64,000 nucleotides of DNA from an uncultured Collinsella sp. (GTDB taxonomy: Bacteria > Actinomycetota > Coriobacteriia > Coriobacteriales > Coriobacteriaceae), in the NCBI GenBank assembly GCA_900543515.1, contig UQRW01000001.1:47134-111133 (forward strand). Reading direction: 5' to 3'. Each line of letters opens with the position of its first letter. Positions within the stretch are counted from its first letter, which is position 1. Under the pieces are notes generated by a model. It searched no databases. It saw only the letters and a list, made by a program, of their open reading frames with translations, and was not told the origin of the DNA. Positions 49,663 through 58,933 of the stretch are shown here, in pieces. The position numbers and the translations under genes are program-made.

Positions 49663-50919
49663 ATGCTCAACCATCTCAAACAACACTTTGGCTCCCGACG
49701 CACCGGTGGTCACGGAGGCCTAGACATTGCGCGGCACATCGGCCCCGGGCTGCTCGTAACCGTCGGCTTTATCGACCCGGGCAACTGGGCCTCCAATATG
49801 GCAGCGGGCTCGCAGTTTGGCTACACGCTGCTGTGGATCGTCACGCTGTCCACGATTATGCTCATTGTGCTGCAGCACAACGCGGCGCACCTGGGCATCG
49901 CCACGGGCGCCTGTCTTGCCGAGGCCACGACACGTTACCTCCCCCGCCTCGTCGGGCGTGCGATACTCGGCAGCGCATATCTAGCCACGATCGCCACCGC
50001 CATGGCCGAGGTCCTGGGTGGTGCGATTGCCCTTCAAATGCTCTTTGGGCTGCCCGTGCGTGCGGGCTGCGCCATCGTGGCGGCAGTATCGATGGCGATG
50101 CTCATGACGAACTCCTACAAGCGCGCCGAGCGATGGATCATCGCCTTCGTAGGCGTGGTAGGACTCTCGTTTTTGGCCGAGCTTGCGCTGGTCAAGGTCG
50201 ACTGGCCGCAGGCCGCCGCAAGCTGGATCACACCCAGTATGCCCACCGGCTCGGCCGCGATTATCGTAAGTGTCCTAGGCGCGGTCGTTATGCCCCACAA
50301 CCTCTTCCTGCACTCTGAGGTCATCCAATCCATGCACTTCGAAGGCCAAGGCGAGCAAGTTATCGAAGAACGCCTGCGCTACGAGCTCTTCGACACGCTC
50401 TTTTCGATGGGCGTGGGCTGGGCAATCAACTCGGCCATGGTCATCCTGGCCGCAACGACCTTCTTTGCGCACGGTATGGTCGTAGACGACCTCGCCGTCG
50501 CAGCGGCCACGCTCTCCCCCATCTTAGGCCCGGCGAGCTCGACCATCTTTGCGGTGGCGCTGCTGTTTGCGGGCATATCGAGTAGTGTGACGGCGGGCAT
50601 GGCGGCGGGCACCATCACCGCGGGCATGTTCGACGAGGAATACGACATCCACGACCGGCACTCATCGATTGGAGTGGCGGCCTGTTTCGTCGGCGCAGTG
50701 GCGGCGTGCCTGATCGTCCCGAATCCTTTTGAGGGTCTCATCTGGAGTCAGGCGCTGTTGTCGCTTCAGTTGCCGATTACGGTCTTTGTGCTCATACGAC
50801 TCACCAGTTCGCCCCGCGTTATGGGCAAATACGCCAACTCGCGCCCGCTCAACGCGCTGCTCGTAGGGATCGGCGTCATCGTGACGATTCTCGACATCGT
50901 GCTGCTAACGGGGATGTGA
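49663..50919 (+). CDS. mntH: Nramp-family divalent metal (Mn2+/Fe2+) transporter
   Basis: GPGLLVTVGFIDPGNWASNMAAG and MPHNLFLHS Nramp motifs; 11-12 TM helices; ATG 49663. Confidence 0.85.
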   Translation: MLNHLKQHFGSRRTGGHGGLDIARHIGPGLLVTVGFIDPGNWASNMAAGSQFGYTLLWIVTLSTIMLIVLQHNAAHLGIATGACLAEATTRYLPRLVGRAILGSAYLATIATAMAEVLGGAIALQMLFGLPVRAGCAIVAAVSMAMLMTNSYKRAERWIIAFVGVVGLSFLAELALVKVDWPQAAASWITPSMPTGSAAIIVSVLGAVVMPHNLFLHSEVIQSMHFEGQGEQVIEERLRYELFDTLFSMGVGWAINSAMVILAATTFFAHGMVVDDLAVAAATLSPILGPASSTIFAVALLFAGISSSVTAGMAAGTITAGMFDEEYDIHDRHSSIGVAACFVGAVAACLIVPNPFEGLIWSQALLSLQLPITVFVLIRLTSSPRVMGKYANSRPLNALLVGIGVIVTILDIVLLTGM

Positions 50920-50946
50920 TGGGACGGGGCGCCCACCCAGGCAAAC

Positions 50947-51004
50947 GTCTCGATCTGTAACATCTAGACCCGCTTTTGATGTTTATCTGTTACAGATTGA
51001 GATC
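50947..51004. repeat. Palindromic repeat unit F (GTCTCGATCTGTAACA ... TGTTACAGATTGAGATC)
   Basis: Lies 28 nt after the mntH stop. Confidence 0.8.
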
Positions 51005-51026
51005 TTTCCGAGGGACAGCTCCGTTT

Positions 51027-51083
51027 GTCTCAATCTGTAACACGTAGACCCCGTTTCCACTGCTAGATGTTACAGATTGAGAC
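51027..51083. repeat. Palindromic repeat unit G (GTCTCAATCTGTAACA ... TGTTACAGATTGAGAC)
   Basis: Tandem with unit F; followed by the GATCCCTTGGGGACGGAGGAAAAGGGCC motif at 51133-51160. Confidence 0.8.
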
Positions 51084-51227
51084 AAACGGTCGGCCGGACT
51101 CACGACGGACAGGATCGGCTAACAGCAGCCGTGATCCCTTGGGGACGGAGGAAAAGGGCCCCGGCCGGGATGACCGACCGGAGCCCTTGGACAGAGCTAT
51201 GTTCGGCTTTCGCCGTGTGCCTGCGAG

Positions 51228-51371
51228 CTACTCCTCGACGAGCTCAAACTGATCGGGACCGACGCCGCACACCGGGCACACATAATCCTCGGGCAGCTCG
51301 GGCGTATCGACCTCAACCTCGTAACCGCAAACGACGCACACAAACTTATACGTCTTCTTCTCCTCAGCCAT
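51228..51371 (-). CDS. Rubredoxin (47 aa; below the ORF-track length cutoff)
   Basis: Minus-strand translation gives [47 protein letters not shown], with CxxCG and CPxCG pairs. RBS GAGGAGAA 5 nt before the ATG at 51371. Confidence 0.7.
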   Translation of the reverse strand: MAEEKKTYKFVCVVCGYEVEVDTPELPEDYVCPVCGVGPDQFELVEE

Positions 51372-51460
51372 GATGTTCTCCTCTCGAACGCGACTGGTGA
51401 TGTACTTCGCTTATTAGTATATGTTCTCAATAAAATAATGCAAGTGATTTTACAACAATT

Positions 51461-51964
51461 CTAGCCTTGATAGGACGAGGCCTTCGGAGGCGTCTTGCCC
51501 TTCAGAACCTTGTGGTAGTAGTCGTAGGTGAGCGGTGTCTCGTCGCTCAGGCGCTCGGCATCCTCGACCTCGCCGATAAACAGCAGATGCGTGCCCACAT
51601 CCACAGTGTCGATCAAACGGCAGCTAAACAGGGCCGCCGCGTGCTCGGGCACATAGGGCATGCCCAGTGCCGTCTCGCGGGTCTCGTATTTGGCAAACTT
51701 GTCATAATCGCTGCTGGTGCGGAACCCAAAGTTGCCGATGTAGGGCATATCGGCCGTCTGGTCGATTACAGTCAGTGCAAACGCTTTGGCCGATGCGATG
51801 ACGCCCGAGGTGACGTTGTCCTTGTTCACAGCAACCGAAATGCGCGGCGGCATGGACGTCACCTGCACCGCCGTATTGATGACGCAGCCGGCGCGCAGCC
51901 CGTCTGCCGCAGCGCTCACCACGTACAGACCACTCGGCATGGTAAAGAACGCAGTTTTGTCCAT
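51461..51964 (-). CDS. Flavin reductase-like (FMN-binding split-barrel) protein, likely rubredoxin partner
   Basis: ATG 51964 (RBS GGGGAG). MDKTAFFTMPSGLYVVSAAADGLRAGCVINTAVQVTS is typical of the flavin reductase-like domain. Its stop is 90 nt upstream of the rubredoxin start. Confidence 0.65.
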   Translation of the reverse strand: MDKTAFFTMPSGLYVVSAAADGLRAGCVINTAVQVTSMPPRISVAVNKDNVTSGVIASAKAFALTVIDQTADMPYIGNFGFRTSSDYDKFAKYETRETALGMPYVPEHAAALFSCRLIDTVDVGTHLLFIGEVEDAERLSDETPLTYDYYHKVLKGKTPPKASSYQG

Positions 51965-52173
51965 AACGATCACTCCCCTAACCCGGGTTGGTACCTTATG
52001 GATGTATGTACCCACAAAAAAGGCGGCGCCCATAACGGACGCCGCCCCATACACATATGTGCCAAGATTGCAGGTCAGCCAAGTCCCTCCACCAAGTTGC
52101 GGTGAAATAGTTCCTGCTTGTCGGGTATTTGGCCTCAAACAGGAACTATTCCACCGCAACTTGTACAGAGCGT

Positions 52174-52644
52174 CTAGCGGTTACGCTCCTTGAGGGCGCG
52201 GTCAATCTCGCGCTGGACATCGCGCTTGGCCATATCCTCGCGCTTGTCGTAAAGCTTTTTGCCGCGGCCTAGGCCCAGCAGCAGCTTTACGCGGCCGTCA
52301 GTATTAAAGTAGAGTTCCAGCGGCACCAGTGCATAGCCGCGATTACGTAGCTTACCGTCGAGAAAGTCAATCTCCTTGCGGTGCAACAGCAGACGACGGC
52401 GGCGATCAGGGTCGCGATTCCACACGCCACCATGGCTATAAGGGTGAATATGCAGGCCCACGAGCCAGCACTCGCCGCCACGAATCAGTGCAAAGGTGTC
52501 GGTGATCTGGCACGCGCGCTCGCGAATCGACTTGACCTCGGTACCGCTCAGCTCAATGCCGCACTCAAAGGTCTCATCGATAAAATACTCGTGGTGTGCC
52601 GAGCGATTCTTGGAGATGGGCTTACGCTCGCGCTTACTGGGCAT
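52174..52644 (-). CDS. smpB: SsrA-binding protein
   Basis: Family start MPSKRERKPISKNRSAHHEYFIDETFECGIELSGTEVKSIRE at ATG 52644. Confidence 0.85.
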   Translation of the reverse strand: MPSKRERKPISKNRSAHHEYFIDETFECGIELSGTEVKSIRERACQITDTFALIRGGECWLVGLHIHPYSHGGVWNRDPDRRRRLLLHRKEIDFLDGKLRNRGYALVPLELYFNTDGRVKLLLGLGRGKKLYDKREDMAKRDVQREIDRALKERNR

Positions 52645-53551
52645 CGCCGGCCTCCTTGGCTCCATCGGCGTTTGAGCCCGCGGCGTGGCGCTTTGCCTTG
52701 CGCTCAGCATTGAGCTCAGCGTCGCTCTCGCGCACCAGTTTGATAATCGCCGCGCAGGCCTCCTCGCCCACCAAGTCGCGAGCACGCACCGTCAGGCGCG
52801 TGGCCTCCTGCTTGTCGCCGTCGCTTGCAGCATCTGTCGCGCACATAATCAGGCAGATGGCAATCTCGGCCGAAGGCGAGGTCGGCACGCCTTGCAGGGC
52901 CAGTTCACCCATCACGTGCTCGTCGCTCTCCTCGGCGGCATCCGGATAGGTGGTATGAATCTTGTTGAGCAGGCGCGTCGTGTGTGCATCGTTGGGCGCT
53001 AAGCGCAGTGCCAGACGCGCGCAACCCACGGCGGCCGAGACATTCTCGGTCTCGGGCTCCAAGAAGTACTGGCCCAGGTTGGAATAGGCGCGGGCGGCGC
53101 ACTTGCCATCGCTTGCACGCTCCAGCACCGAGAACGAGAGCGATGCCCATTCTTGCTTGTCCTCGAGTGCGCGGAACAGCTCGGCCAAGTCCAAGCGATA
53201 GTTGCAGTTCATGGGGTCCCAACGCACGGCCCGCATCAGGGCATTACGAGCGCTCACATAATCCTGCTGGCGAATGTAGGCAAACGCCATGTCAGAGTAC
53301 AGGCGGTCAAACGGCACCTCGACCTGCACGAGCTCGCGCGGATCCTTCTCCACGCGGCGATAGGCCAAGCGCTCAAACTTGCTATCGAAGCTAAAGTATT
53401 GGCGCTTCTCCTCCGTCTTGCACTCGGCGTCGATATACTCCTCGGCGAGCTCCACCAGGCGCTCCAGCAGCGGTGTCGCCGTAGCCAGGTCGCCCTGCGC
53501 CAGATAGTTCTCGGCATACGTGATGTCTTGCAAGCTGATGGGCAGATCCAT
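52634..53551 (-). CDS. Hypothetical TPR-like helical protein
   Basis: ATG 53551 with GAGGAG RBS. The ORF-track N-terminal extension to 53638 overlaps a terminator hairpin and is unlikely to be real. Overlaps the smpB start by 11 nt. Confidence 0.5.
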   Translation of the reverse strand: MDLPISLQDITYAENYLAQGDLATATPLLERLVELAEEYIDAECKTEEKRQYFSFDSKFERLAYRRVEKDPRELVQVEVPFDRLYSDMAFAYIRQQDYVSARNALMRAVRWDPMNCNYRLDLAELFRALEDKQEWASLSFSVLERASDGKCAARAYSNLGQYFLEPETENVSAAVGCARLALRLAPNDAHTTRLLNKIHTTYPDAAEESDEHVMGELALQGVPTSPSAEIAICLIMCATDAASDGDKQEATRLTVRARDLVGEEACAAIIKLVRESDAELNAERKAKRHAAGSNADGAKEAGDAQ

Positions 53552-53611
53552 GGCTACTCCTCGATCTGAGCGAAACACGGCAGGCGCCGCATATACGGTC
53601 GATACACAAAA

Positions 53612-53635
53612 CCCGGGTCTCTTACGAGGCCCGGG
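53612..53635 (-). terminator. Hairpin downstream of the tRNA pair
   Basis: CCCGGGTCTC-ttac-GAGGCCCGGG with TTTTGTG following on the minus strand. Confidence 0.5.
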
Positions 53636-53649
53636 CATTCATTTGTGGG

Positions 53650-53723
53650 TAGCCCGTACCAGATTCGAACTGGTGATCTCCGCCTTGAGAGGGCGGCGTC
53701 CTAAACCGCTAGACGAACGGGCC
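53650..53723 (-). tRNA. tRNA-Glu (anticodon CTC)
   Basis: Reverse complement reads GGCCCGTTCGTCTAGCGGTTTAGGACGCCGCCCTCTCAAGGCGGAGATCACCAGTTCGAATCTGGTACGGGCTA. Cloverleaf with anticodon loop CTCTCAA, T-loop TTCGAAT and a G1-U72 end pair; CCA not cleanly encoded. Ends are +/-2 nt. Confidence 0.75.
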
Positions 53724-53740
53724 ATATGTAGCAAATGCAA

Positions 53741-53814
53741 TGGCTGGGATGGAGGGAGTCGAACCCCCATTGACGGAACCAGAATCCGCTGTCCTGCCAT
53801 TAGACGACATCCCA
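53741..53814 (-). tRNA. tRNA-Gln (anticodon CTG)
   Basis: Reverse complement reads TGGGATGTCGTCTAATGGCAGGACAGCGGATTCTGGTTCCGTCAATGGGGGTTCGACTCCCTCCATCCCAGCCA; U1-A72, anticodon loop TTCTGGT, encoded CCA. Confidence 0.8.
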
Positions 53815-54058
53815 ATGACTGCATCGCTGCGCTCGGCTGTGCCTTTGCGCAAGAAAGAAATATACGGGAAGTCTCGCCATGACGCAAGCCCCAATTTTGA
53901 CTTTTTTGAAATTCAGTCAAATACGGCCAACACGTGAAGGACCTGTGAAGCACCAGCGACACCTACGGCGTCAAAGCCCGTAAAACATCCCACATCTACC
54001 GCTGGTAGATTACAACAATGCAGCACTCACGGCTGATGGCACAATCGAACCGTCATCA

Positions 54059-54490
54059 TTGCACGGATATCGAGGCGCCATGGACGAAGAGCTTGATTAC
54101 CTATGGGAGACCCTGGGCCTCGAGATCACTGCTGACCTTTGGCCCGAACGGGACAAAATCCATCCCACACTGCGCCCCGCCATCACGGTGATGCAGGCAA
54201 AATACCGCCGTGCATCCTTTTTGATCATGCGGATGTCATGGCACGCGGGACTCCCCGACCTTAAGCGAATCCAGGCAAGCCTCGTCGAGTTGTCCGGTAT
54301 GCCGACCGTCATATCCGAGGCGCACCTGGAGCAGCGCCAGCGCGAGCGACTGCAACAGCAGCGGATTCCCTTTATCTGCCCCGGCGTTCAGGCATATCTG
54401 CCCTTTATGGACGAGGAGTACTGGAGCGGCAAGCCCAACAAGCACGTAAAGGTCTACGATCCGCACGAATGGGCGCGGCTTGAGGATTAG
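54059..54490 (+). CDS. Hypothetical protein (start possibly ATG 54080)
   Basis: 143-aa ORF with no recognisable family; first gene of the accessory island. Confidence 0.35.
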   Translation: MHGYRGAMDEELDYLWETLGLEITADLWPERDKIHPTLRPAITVMQAKYRRASFLIMRMSWHAGLPDLKRIQASLVELSGMPTVISEAHLEQRQRERLQQQRIPFICPGVQAYLPFMDEEYWSGKPNKHVKVYDPHEWARLED

Positions 54491-54533
54491 CGCATATGCC
54501 CGCCAGCCGGGATAGTGCGCATGCCCGCCAACC

Positions 54534-54704
54534 GGAAAGCTCATCCCGGAATTTACGTCCAGAACGGGACGCGCTTTCCCCTAGAGGCCCCAAACGGAAA
54601 CCGTATCCCAGATTTCGCGCTCAAACTGGGATACGATTTCCGCTAGCCCCTTCAACCGGAAACTGCGTCCCGGAATCCGAGCTCAAAACGGGACGCACTT
54701 TCCG
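54534..54704. repeat. Three tandem ~48-nt imperfect hairpin repeats (CGGAAA..CGTCCCG / CGGGACG..TTTCCG)
   Basis: Hairpins at ~54534-54579, 54595-54642 and 54657-54704, preceded by a 21-nt direct repeat GCGCAT(A)TGCCCGCCA(G/A)CCGG x2. They lie between the hypothetical gene and the ArsC/Spx-like gene. Confidence 0.75.
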
Positions 54705-54710
54705 CAACCA

Positions 54711-55070
54711 CTACAGCAGCACCTCGGTCCAGGTCGCTTCCTTAAACCCAGGAATCGCAAAGTCGTCGCCCACCAGCAGCGGACGCTTGACCAGCATGCC
54801 GTCGGTCGCCAGCAGCTCGTAGCATTCCCGATCCGTCATGCCCGCATCCAGACGCGCCTTCAGGCCCAGCTCTCGATATTTCATGCCCGACGAATTAAAG
54901 AAGCGCCGCACCGGCAGCCCCGAACGAGCAATCCAGGTCGCAAGCTCATCAGCCGTGGGATTGTCCAAAACGATATCGCGATCGATATACTCTACCCCAT
55001 GTTCGTCCAGCCATGCCTTGGCCTTCTTACAGGTCGAACACTTGGGATATTCAACAAACAATACCGCCAT
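54711..55070 (-). CDS. ArsC/Spx-family thioredoxin-fold protein with CxxC
   Basis: ATG 55070 (RBS AAAGGAAA). MAVLFVEYPKCSTCKKAKAWLDEHGVEYIDRD... is Spx/ArsC-like with an N-terminal CSTC motif. Confidence 0.6.
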   Translation of the reverse strand: MAVLFVEYPKCSTCKKAKAWLDEHGVEYIDRDIVLDNPTADELATWIARSGLPVRRFFNSSGMKYRELGLKARLDAGMTDRECYELLATDGMLVKRPLLVGDDFAIPGFKEATWTEVLL

Positions 55071-55192
55071 GGGATTTCCTTTCTTAGAGAAAACAGGTGT
55101 CTGGAAAACTGCACATCGACGACCACTCGCGATTGCAGCCGTTATTGTAGTCAATGTCGAAGCATAGGCAGTCGCGATGTCTCGTCTTAAGG

Positions 55193-55774
55193 CTAGCGCC
55201 TCGCATGGGCGCCGATCGGCCGAGTCGCATGGCGCACCAACGCCGCTGCCAGCAATACCAACAGCATGGCGGTGACATAGCCCGCAGCATCGAATCCTAA
55301 ATCGATAACGTCGAAATGCCTGCCGGGAACAAAGATCTTATGTACCTGATCGCCAACGGAGCAGGCGGCGCAAAAGAGCAATACGGGCACGCAACGGGAG
55401 TATACGCTCCACGGACGCCTGGAAAAGCAAACCACGACCACCGAGGCGAACAATCCGACGAAGAAAAACTCTACGGTATGGGCAACGCGACGGACGTTCG
55501 TGCCCACCCACATGCGAATGGAAGCAAGTCGGCCAGACCGGATATTCGAGGCAGCCGAATCGGTGCCCCCGGTCATTCCGTTCTCCGTCTGGGCTTCACC
55601 CGTGGCATCGGCAGCCTGAACGCCCGTAGCCTGACCCTCCACCACACGCGCGGTGGACTCGCTCAGCAACGACGTCTCCACCGCATTTTGCTCCGTCAGC
55701 ACCCAGATGCCCACCAGCGTTGCAGCGAACAGAACGATCGCGGTCCATCCGATTATTTGTTTTACGCGCGCCAA
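55193..55774 (-). CDS. VanZ-family membrane protein
   Basis: TTG start with AAGGAGG RBS. VanZ signature AHTVEFFFVGLF...SVGDQVHKIFVPGRHFDVIDLGFDAAGYV. Confidence 0.6.
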   Translation of the reverse strand: MARVKQIIGWTAIVLFAATLVGIWVLTEQNAVETSLLSESTARVVEGQATGVQAADATGEAQTENGMTGGTDSAASNIRSGRLASIRMWVGTNVRRVAHTVEFFFVGLFASVVVVCFSRRPWSVYSRCVPVLLFCAACSVGDQVHKIFVPGRHFDVIDLGFDAAGYVTAMLLVLLAAALVRHATRPIGAHARR

Positions 55775-55879
55775 GGGCCAACCTCCTTTTTTTGAATATC
55801 AGCGAGTGTAGCCCCAAATGACATCGTCACCGTATCAAAAGTTGAATCGCAACAGGAAGCGACAAAGCGACGCAAACCC

Positions 55880-56485
55880 CTACCCCGCCTCGCGCATCCA
55901 GCGATCGAACGTCCCCACGCACACGCCCAGGCACTTTGCTGCCTGGCTGCGGGTAATATCGCCCGCCTCATAGCTATCGCGCACCAGCTCAAACTGAGGA
56001 GGGCACGGCTTGCGAGGTCGACCGAAACGGACCCCTCGCGCCCGCGCCGCTGCAATTCCCTCCGCCTGGCGCCGATGGATATTCTCGCGCTCCACCTGCG
56101 CCACGTAGCTCAGCAGTTGCAGCACAATATCGGCAATCAGGGTGTTGGTCACATCCGGCGCGCCGCTGGCCCTGACGCGCGTGTCAAGCAATGGCATGTC
56201 CAACACCACAATGGCAACCCCGAGCTCCTTGGTAATGCGTCGCCATTCCTCAAGAATCTCGGAGTAATTACGACCAAGTCGGTCGATAGAAAGCACCACC
56301 AGTACGTCCCCGTCTCCCAGGACGTGCAGCAGCTCGCGATAACGCGGTCGATCGAAGTCCTTGCCGCTCGCATGGTCGGCATAAATATTCGCCGAGCCCA
56401 CGCCATAGGCGCCCAGCGCATCCAGCTGCCGATTAAGGTTCTGATCGCGCGAACTCACCCGCGCATAACCGTACACCGTCGCCAT
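55880..56485 (-). CDS. Small serine recombinase (resolvase/invertase family) with C-terminal HTH
   Basis: MATVYGYARVSSRDQNLNRQ...DRLGRN catalytic domain and a C-terminal HTH (RSQAAKCLGVCVGTFDRWM). Several AGGTTT/AAACCT inverted repeats lie upstream (56490-56560). Confidence 0.75.
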   Translation of the reverse strand: MATVYGYARVSSRDQNLNRQLDALGAYGVGSANIYADHASGKDFDRPRYRELLHVLGDGDVLVVLSIDRLGRNYSEILEEWRRITKELGVAIVVLDMPLLDTRVRASGAPDVTNTLIADIVLQLLSYVAQVERENIHRRQAEGIAAARARGVRFGRPRKPCPPQFELVRDSYEAGDITRSQAAKCLGVCVGTFDRWMREAG

Positions 56486-56662
56486 CTCATCCCCGCTTTC
56501 TTGTAAACCTGCCAAAAAGGGACAGGTTTATTTTGGTAGGTTTTACCTCTCAAATAGCAGGTAAGCGGGCGGCCGAGCAGACGGCAAGGTAGCCACGATT
56601 CAAATGCGGAGGGCGGTCCCGAAAGGCCGCCCTCCGCTCCCCCACCATCAGTCGGGATTTGG

Positions 56663-58810
56663 CTAATGGATAAGCTTGAAGTCCAAGTGCCCACGCGTGG
56701 TATTGACGCGCGAGACCTCGATGATCACGCGCTGCCCCAGCTCGTAACGGGTGCCCGTGTCGGCACCCGTGAGCGTTAGCGCGTCCTCGTCGAACTCGAA
56801 CCACTCGTTGCCCAGACTCTTGATCGAAACCAAGCCTTCGACCTGCGTTAGGTCCAAGCGCACAAAGAGGCCCATGCTGCTAACCCACGAGACGGTTCCG
56901 GCATAGCGCTCGCCCAGACGGTCCTCATAGTACTGGGCAATCTTGATCTTTTGCGTCGCATGGCTGGCGGCATCTGCCGCGCGCTCGGCATCGCTGCATG
57001 CGCGGCAGATCTGCGGCAGAATGCGCGGCAGTGACTCGCGCCCCTTGCCGATCAGGCGCGGCGTACGGACCAGGGCGTCCTTGCCGCCCAGCTGCTCATA
57101 GGCCAACTGCAGCTTGAGTACGCGGTGCACCACCAGATCGGGGTAGCGACGGATGGGACTCGTAAAGTGACAGTAGCACGGCGCGGCGAGCGCAAAGTGG
57201 CCCTCGTTGCGCGGCTTGTACAGCGCGCGCTGCATGCTGCGCAGAAGCAGCGTGTTGACGAGCGGTGCGTTGGCCGTACCGGCGGCAGCATCAACTGCAG
57301 CCTGCAGCTCATCGGGGCTCCCCAGGGCAATACCGGCAGCACGGCGATCGTCGATGATGCCTAGCTGCGCCAGCGCAACGGCAGCACCGTGCAGGCTATC
57401 GGGGCTCGGATCCTCATGCACACGATAGCAGGCCTCGATATCACGGTCTGCCAGCCACTCTGCAACGCACTCGTTGGCGAGCAGCATGGCTTCCTCGATA
57501 AGCGACGTGGCACACGAACGCTCACGCGCCACAATCTGCACGGGCACTCCGTCCTCATCCAATAGAGCGCGAATCTCGGCTGTGTCAAAATCGACTGAGC
57601 CGCGGGCGCGACGAATACGACGGCGAAGTTCGGCGAGTTCGTTAGCGGAGACAAGGAAATCGCCGAGGTCGATGTTGTAGCCGCGGGCGGTCTCCTCGCA
57701 CGCAAGACCGCGCTCAAGCGCTTCCTCGCGCGAGATCTCGGCAGCCGCAACATCCTCGGCCGCACCCTCCAGCACCGAATACTCAACCGCGCCGGCACGC
57801 ACCAGCAGCGCCTCGGCGCCGTCATAGTCCATACGCACACGCGAGCGAATCACGCTGGGGTACGGATCGTAATGCCGCACACGACCCTGCGCATCGAGCT
57901 CAATGTCAACGGTAAACGCAAGACGGTCCTCGTCAGGGCGAAGCGAGCACAGGTCACAGGACAGGCGTTCGGGCAGCATGGGAAGCACGCGATCGGCCAG
58001 ATACACCGATGTCGTGCGATGGCGAGCCTCAAGATCGATATGCCCGTCCCAAGCCACATAGTGTGAAACGTCGGCGATATGCACACCCAGCTTGTAGCCA
58101 CCCTCGGGCGTACGCTCCAGCGAAATGGCATCGTCAAAGTCGCGCGCGTCGACAGGGTCGATCGTGATGACAAAGCGGTCGCGCAGATCGCGGCGGAGCG
58201 GGTCCTTAAGCGCCGCGGACACATCGAGCGAAAGCTCCTCGGCCTCGTCCAGCGCGGCCTCGGGATAGCTATCGGTATAGCCGTAGCGCGCCATCACATA
58301 TTGAACGCCCAAATCGGGCGCGTCATCTCCGCCAATGCGGCGTTCGATCGTCACAGCGCCCGATTCCAGGCGCGTCGGGTAGGTCAAAATGCGCGCGACA
58401 ACAGCATCACCCGGGTGAACGCCCAGACGATCCGCCGAGGTATCCTCAGGCAGAATGAAGAAGTCAGCCTTCAGACGCGAATCGAGCGGCTCGATCACAC
58501 CGAGCGGACCAGCGGTCTGGTACGTACCCACCACGCTTATGGCTGCGCGCTCAACCACGCCTTCGATCACGGCGCGCCGCTCACCGTGCGGGCTGTTCTT
58601 AATGCTCACGGCAACGGTATCGCCATCCATAATCTCGCGCTTGCCACGGCCCATGACCTTGTAGTCGCCATTCTCGGTTATGACATAGGCACTGTGCTCA
58701 TGGAGCTGCACGCGCCCGGTCAGGCTCGGACGGCGTTCGCTGCGCACCGGCCCGCGCTTATTGCGAGCTCCACGCTTATGCTTGTTATTGCGCCCCATGG
58801 CGCCTCCCAA
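56663..58810 (-). CDS. rnr: Ribonuclease R
   Basis: Basic N-terminus, cold-shock/OB domains, RNB catalytic core (DPVDARDFDDAISL) and C-terminal S1 domain. Confidence 0.85.
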   Translation of the reverse strand: MGGAMGRNNKHKRGARNKRGPVRSERRPSLTGRVQLHEHSAYVITENGDYKVMGRGKREIMDGDTVAVSIKNSPHGERRAVIEGVVERAAISVVGTYQTAGPLGVIEPLDSRLKADFFILPEDTSADRLGVHPGDAVVARILTYPTRLESGAVTIERRIGGDDAPDLGVQYVMARYGYTDSYPEAALDEAEELSLDVSAALKDPLRRDLRDRFVITIDPVDARDFDDAISLERTPEGGYKLGVHIADVSHYVAWDGHIDLEARHRTTSVYLADRVLPMLPERLSCDLCSLRPDEDRLAFTVDIELDAQGRVRHYDPYPSVIRSRVRMDYDGAEALLVRAGAVEYSVLEGAAEDVAAAEISREEALERGLACEETARGYNIDLGDFLVSANELAELRRRIRRARGSVDFDTAEIRALLDEDGVPVQIVARERSCATSLIEEAMLLANECVAEWLADRDIEACYRVHEDPSPDSLHGAAVALAQLGIIDDRRAAGIALGSPDELQAAVDAAAGTANAPLVNTLLLRSMQRALYKPRNEGHFALAAPCYCHFTSPIRRYPDLVVHRVLKLQLAYEQLGGKDALVRTPRLIGKGRESLPRILPQICRACSDAERAADAASHATQKIKIAQYYEDRLGERYAGTVSWVSSMGLFVRLDLTQVEGLVSIKSLGNEWFEFDEDALTLTGADTGTRYELGQRVIIEVSRVNTTRGHLDFKLIH

Positions 58811-58933
58811 CTATCGATTGCGAACTCCAAAGAGTCTACCCAAATGATTCGCTTTCCTGCCGTCCCCTAGGGATCAAAAAACGGGCCGCCCCATAAGAGA
58901 CGACCCGTTGGAAGGGATGAATTCCAGGCATGC

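Noticed and set aside
53552-53638. N-terminal extension of the TPR-like ORF to 53638
   Set aside because: It would translate through the tRNA terminator hairpin. The internal ATG at 53551 has a GAGGAG RBS.
52174-54060. tmRNA (ssrA) expected near smpB
   Set aside because: No tmRNA-like 5' GGGG...tag-reading-frame or tRNA-Ala-like 3' end was found by eye in the flanking intergenic regions; only tRNA-Glu and tRNA-Gln are present. ssrA is probably elsewhere.
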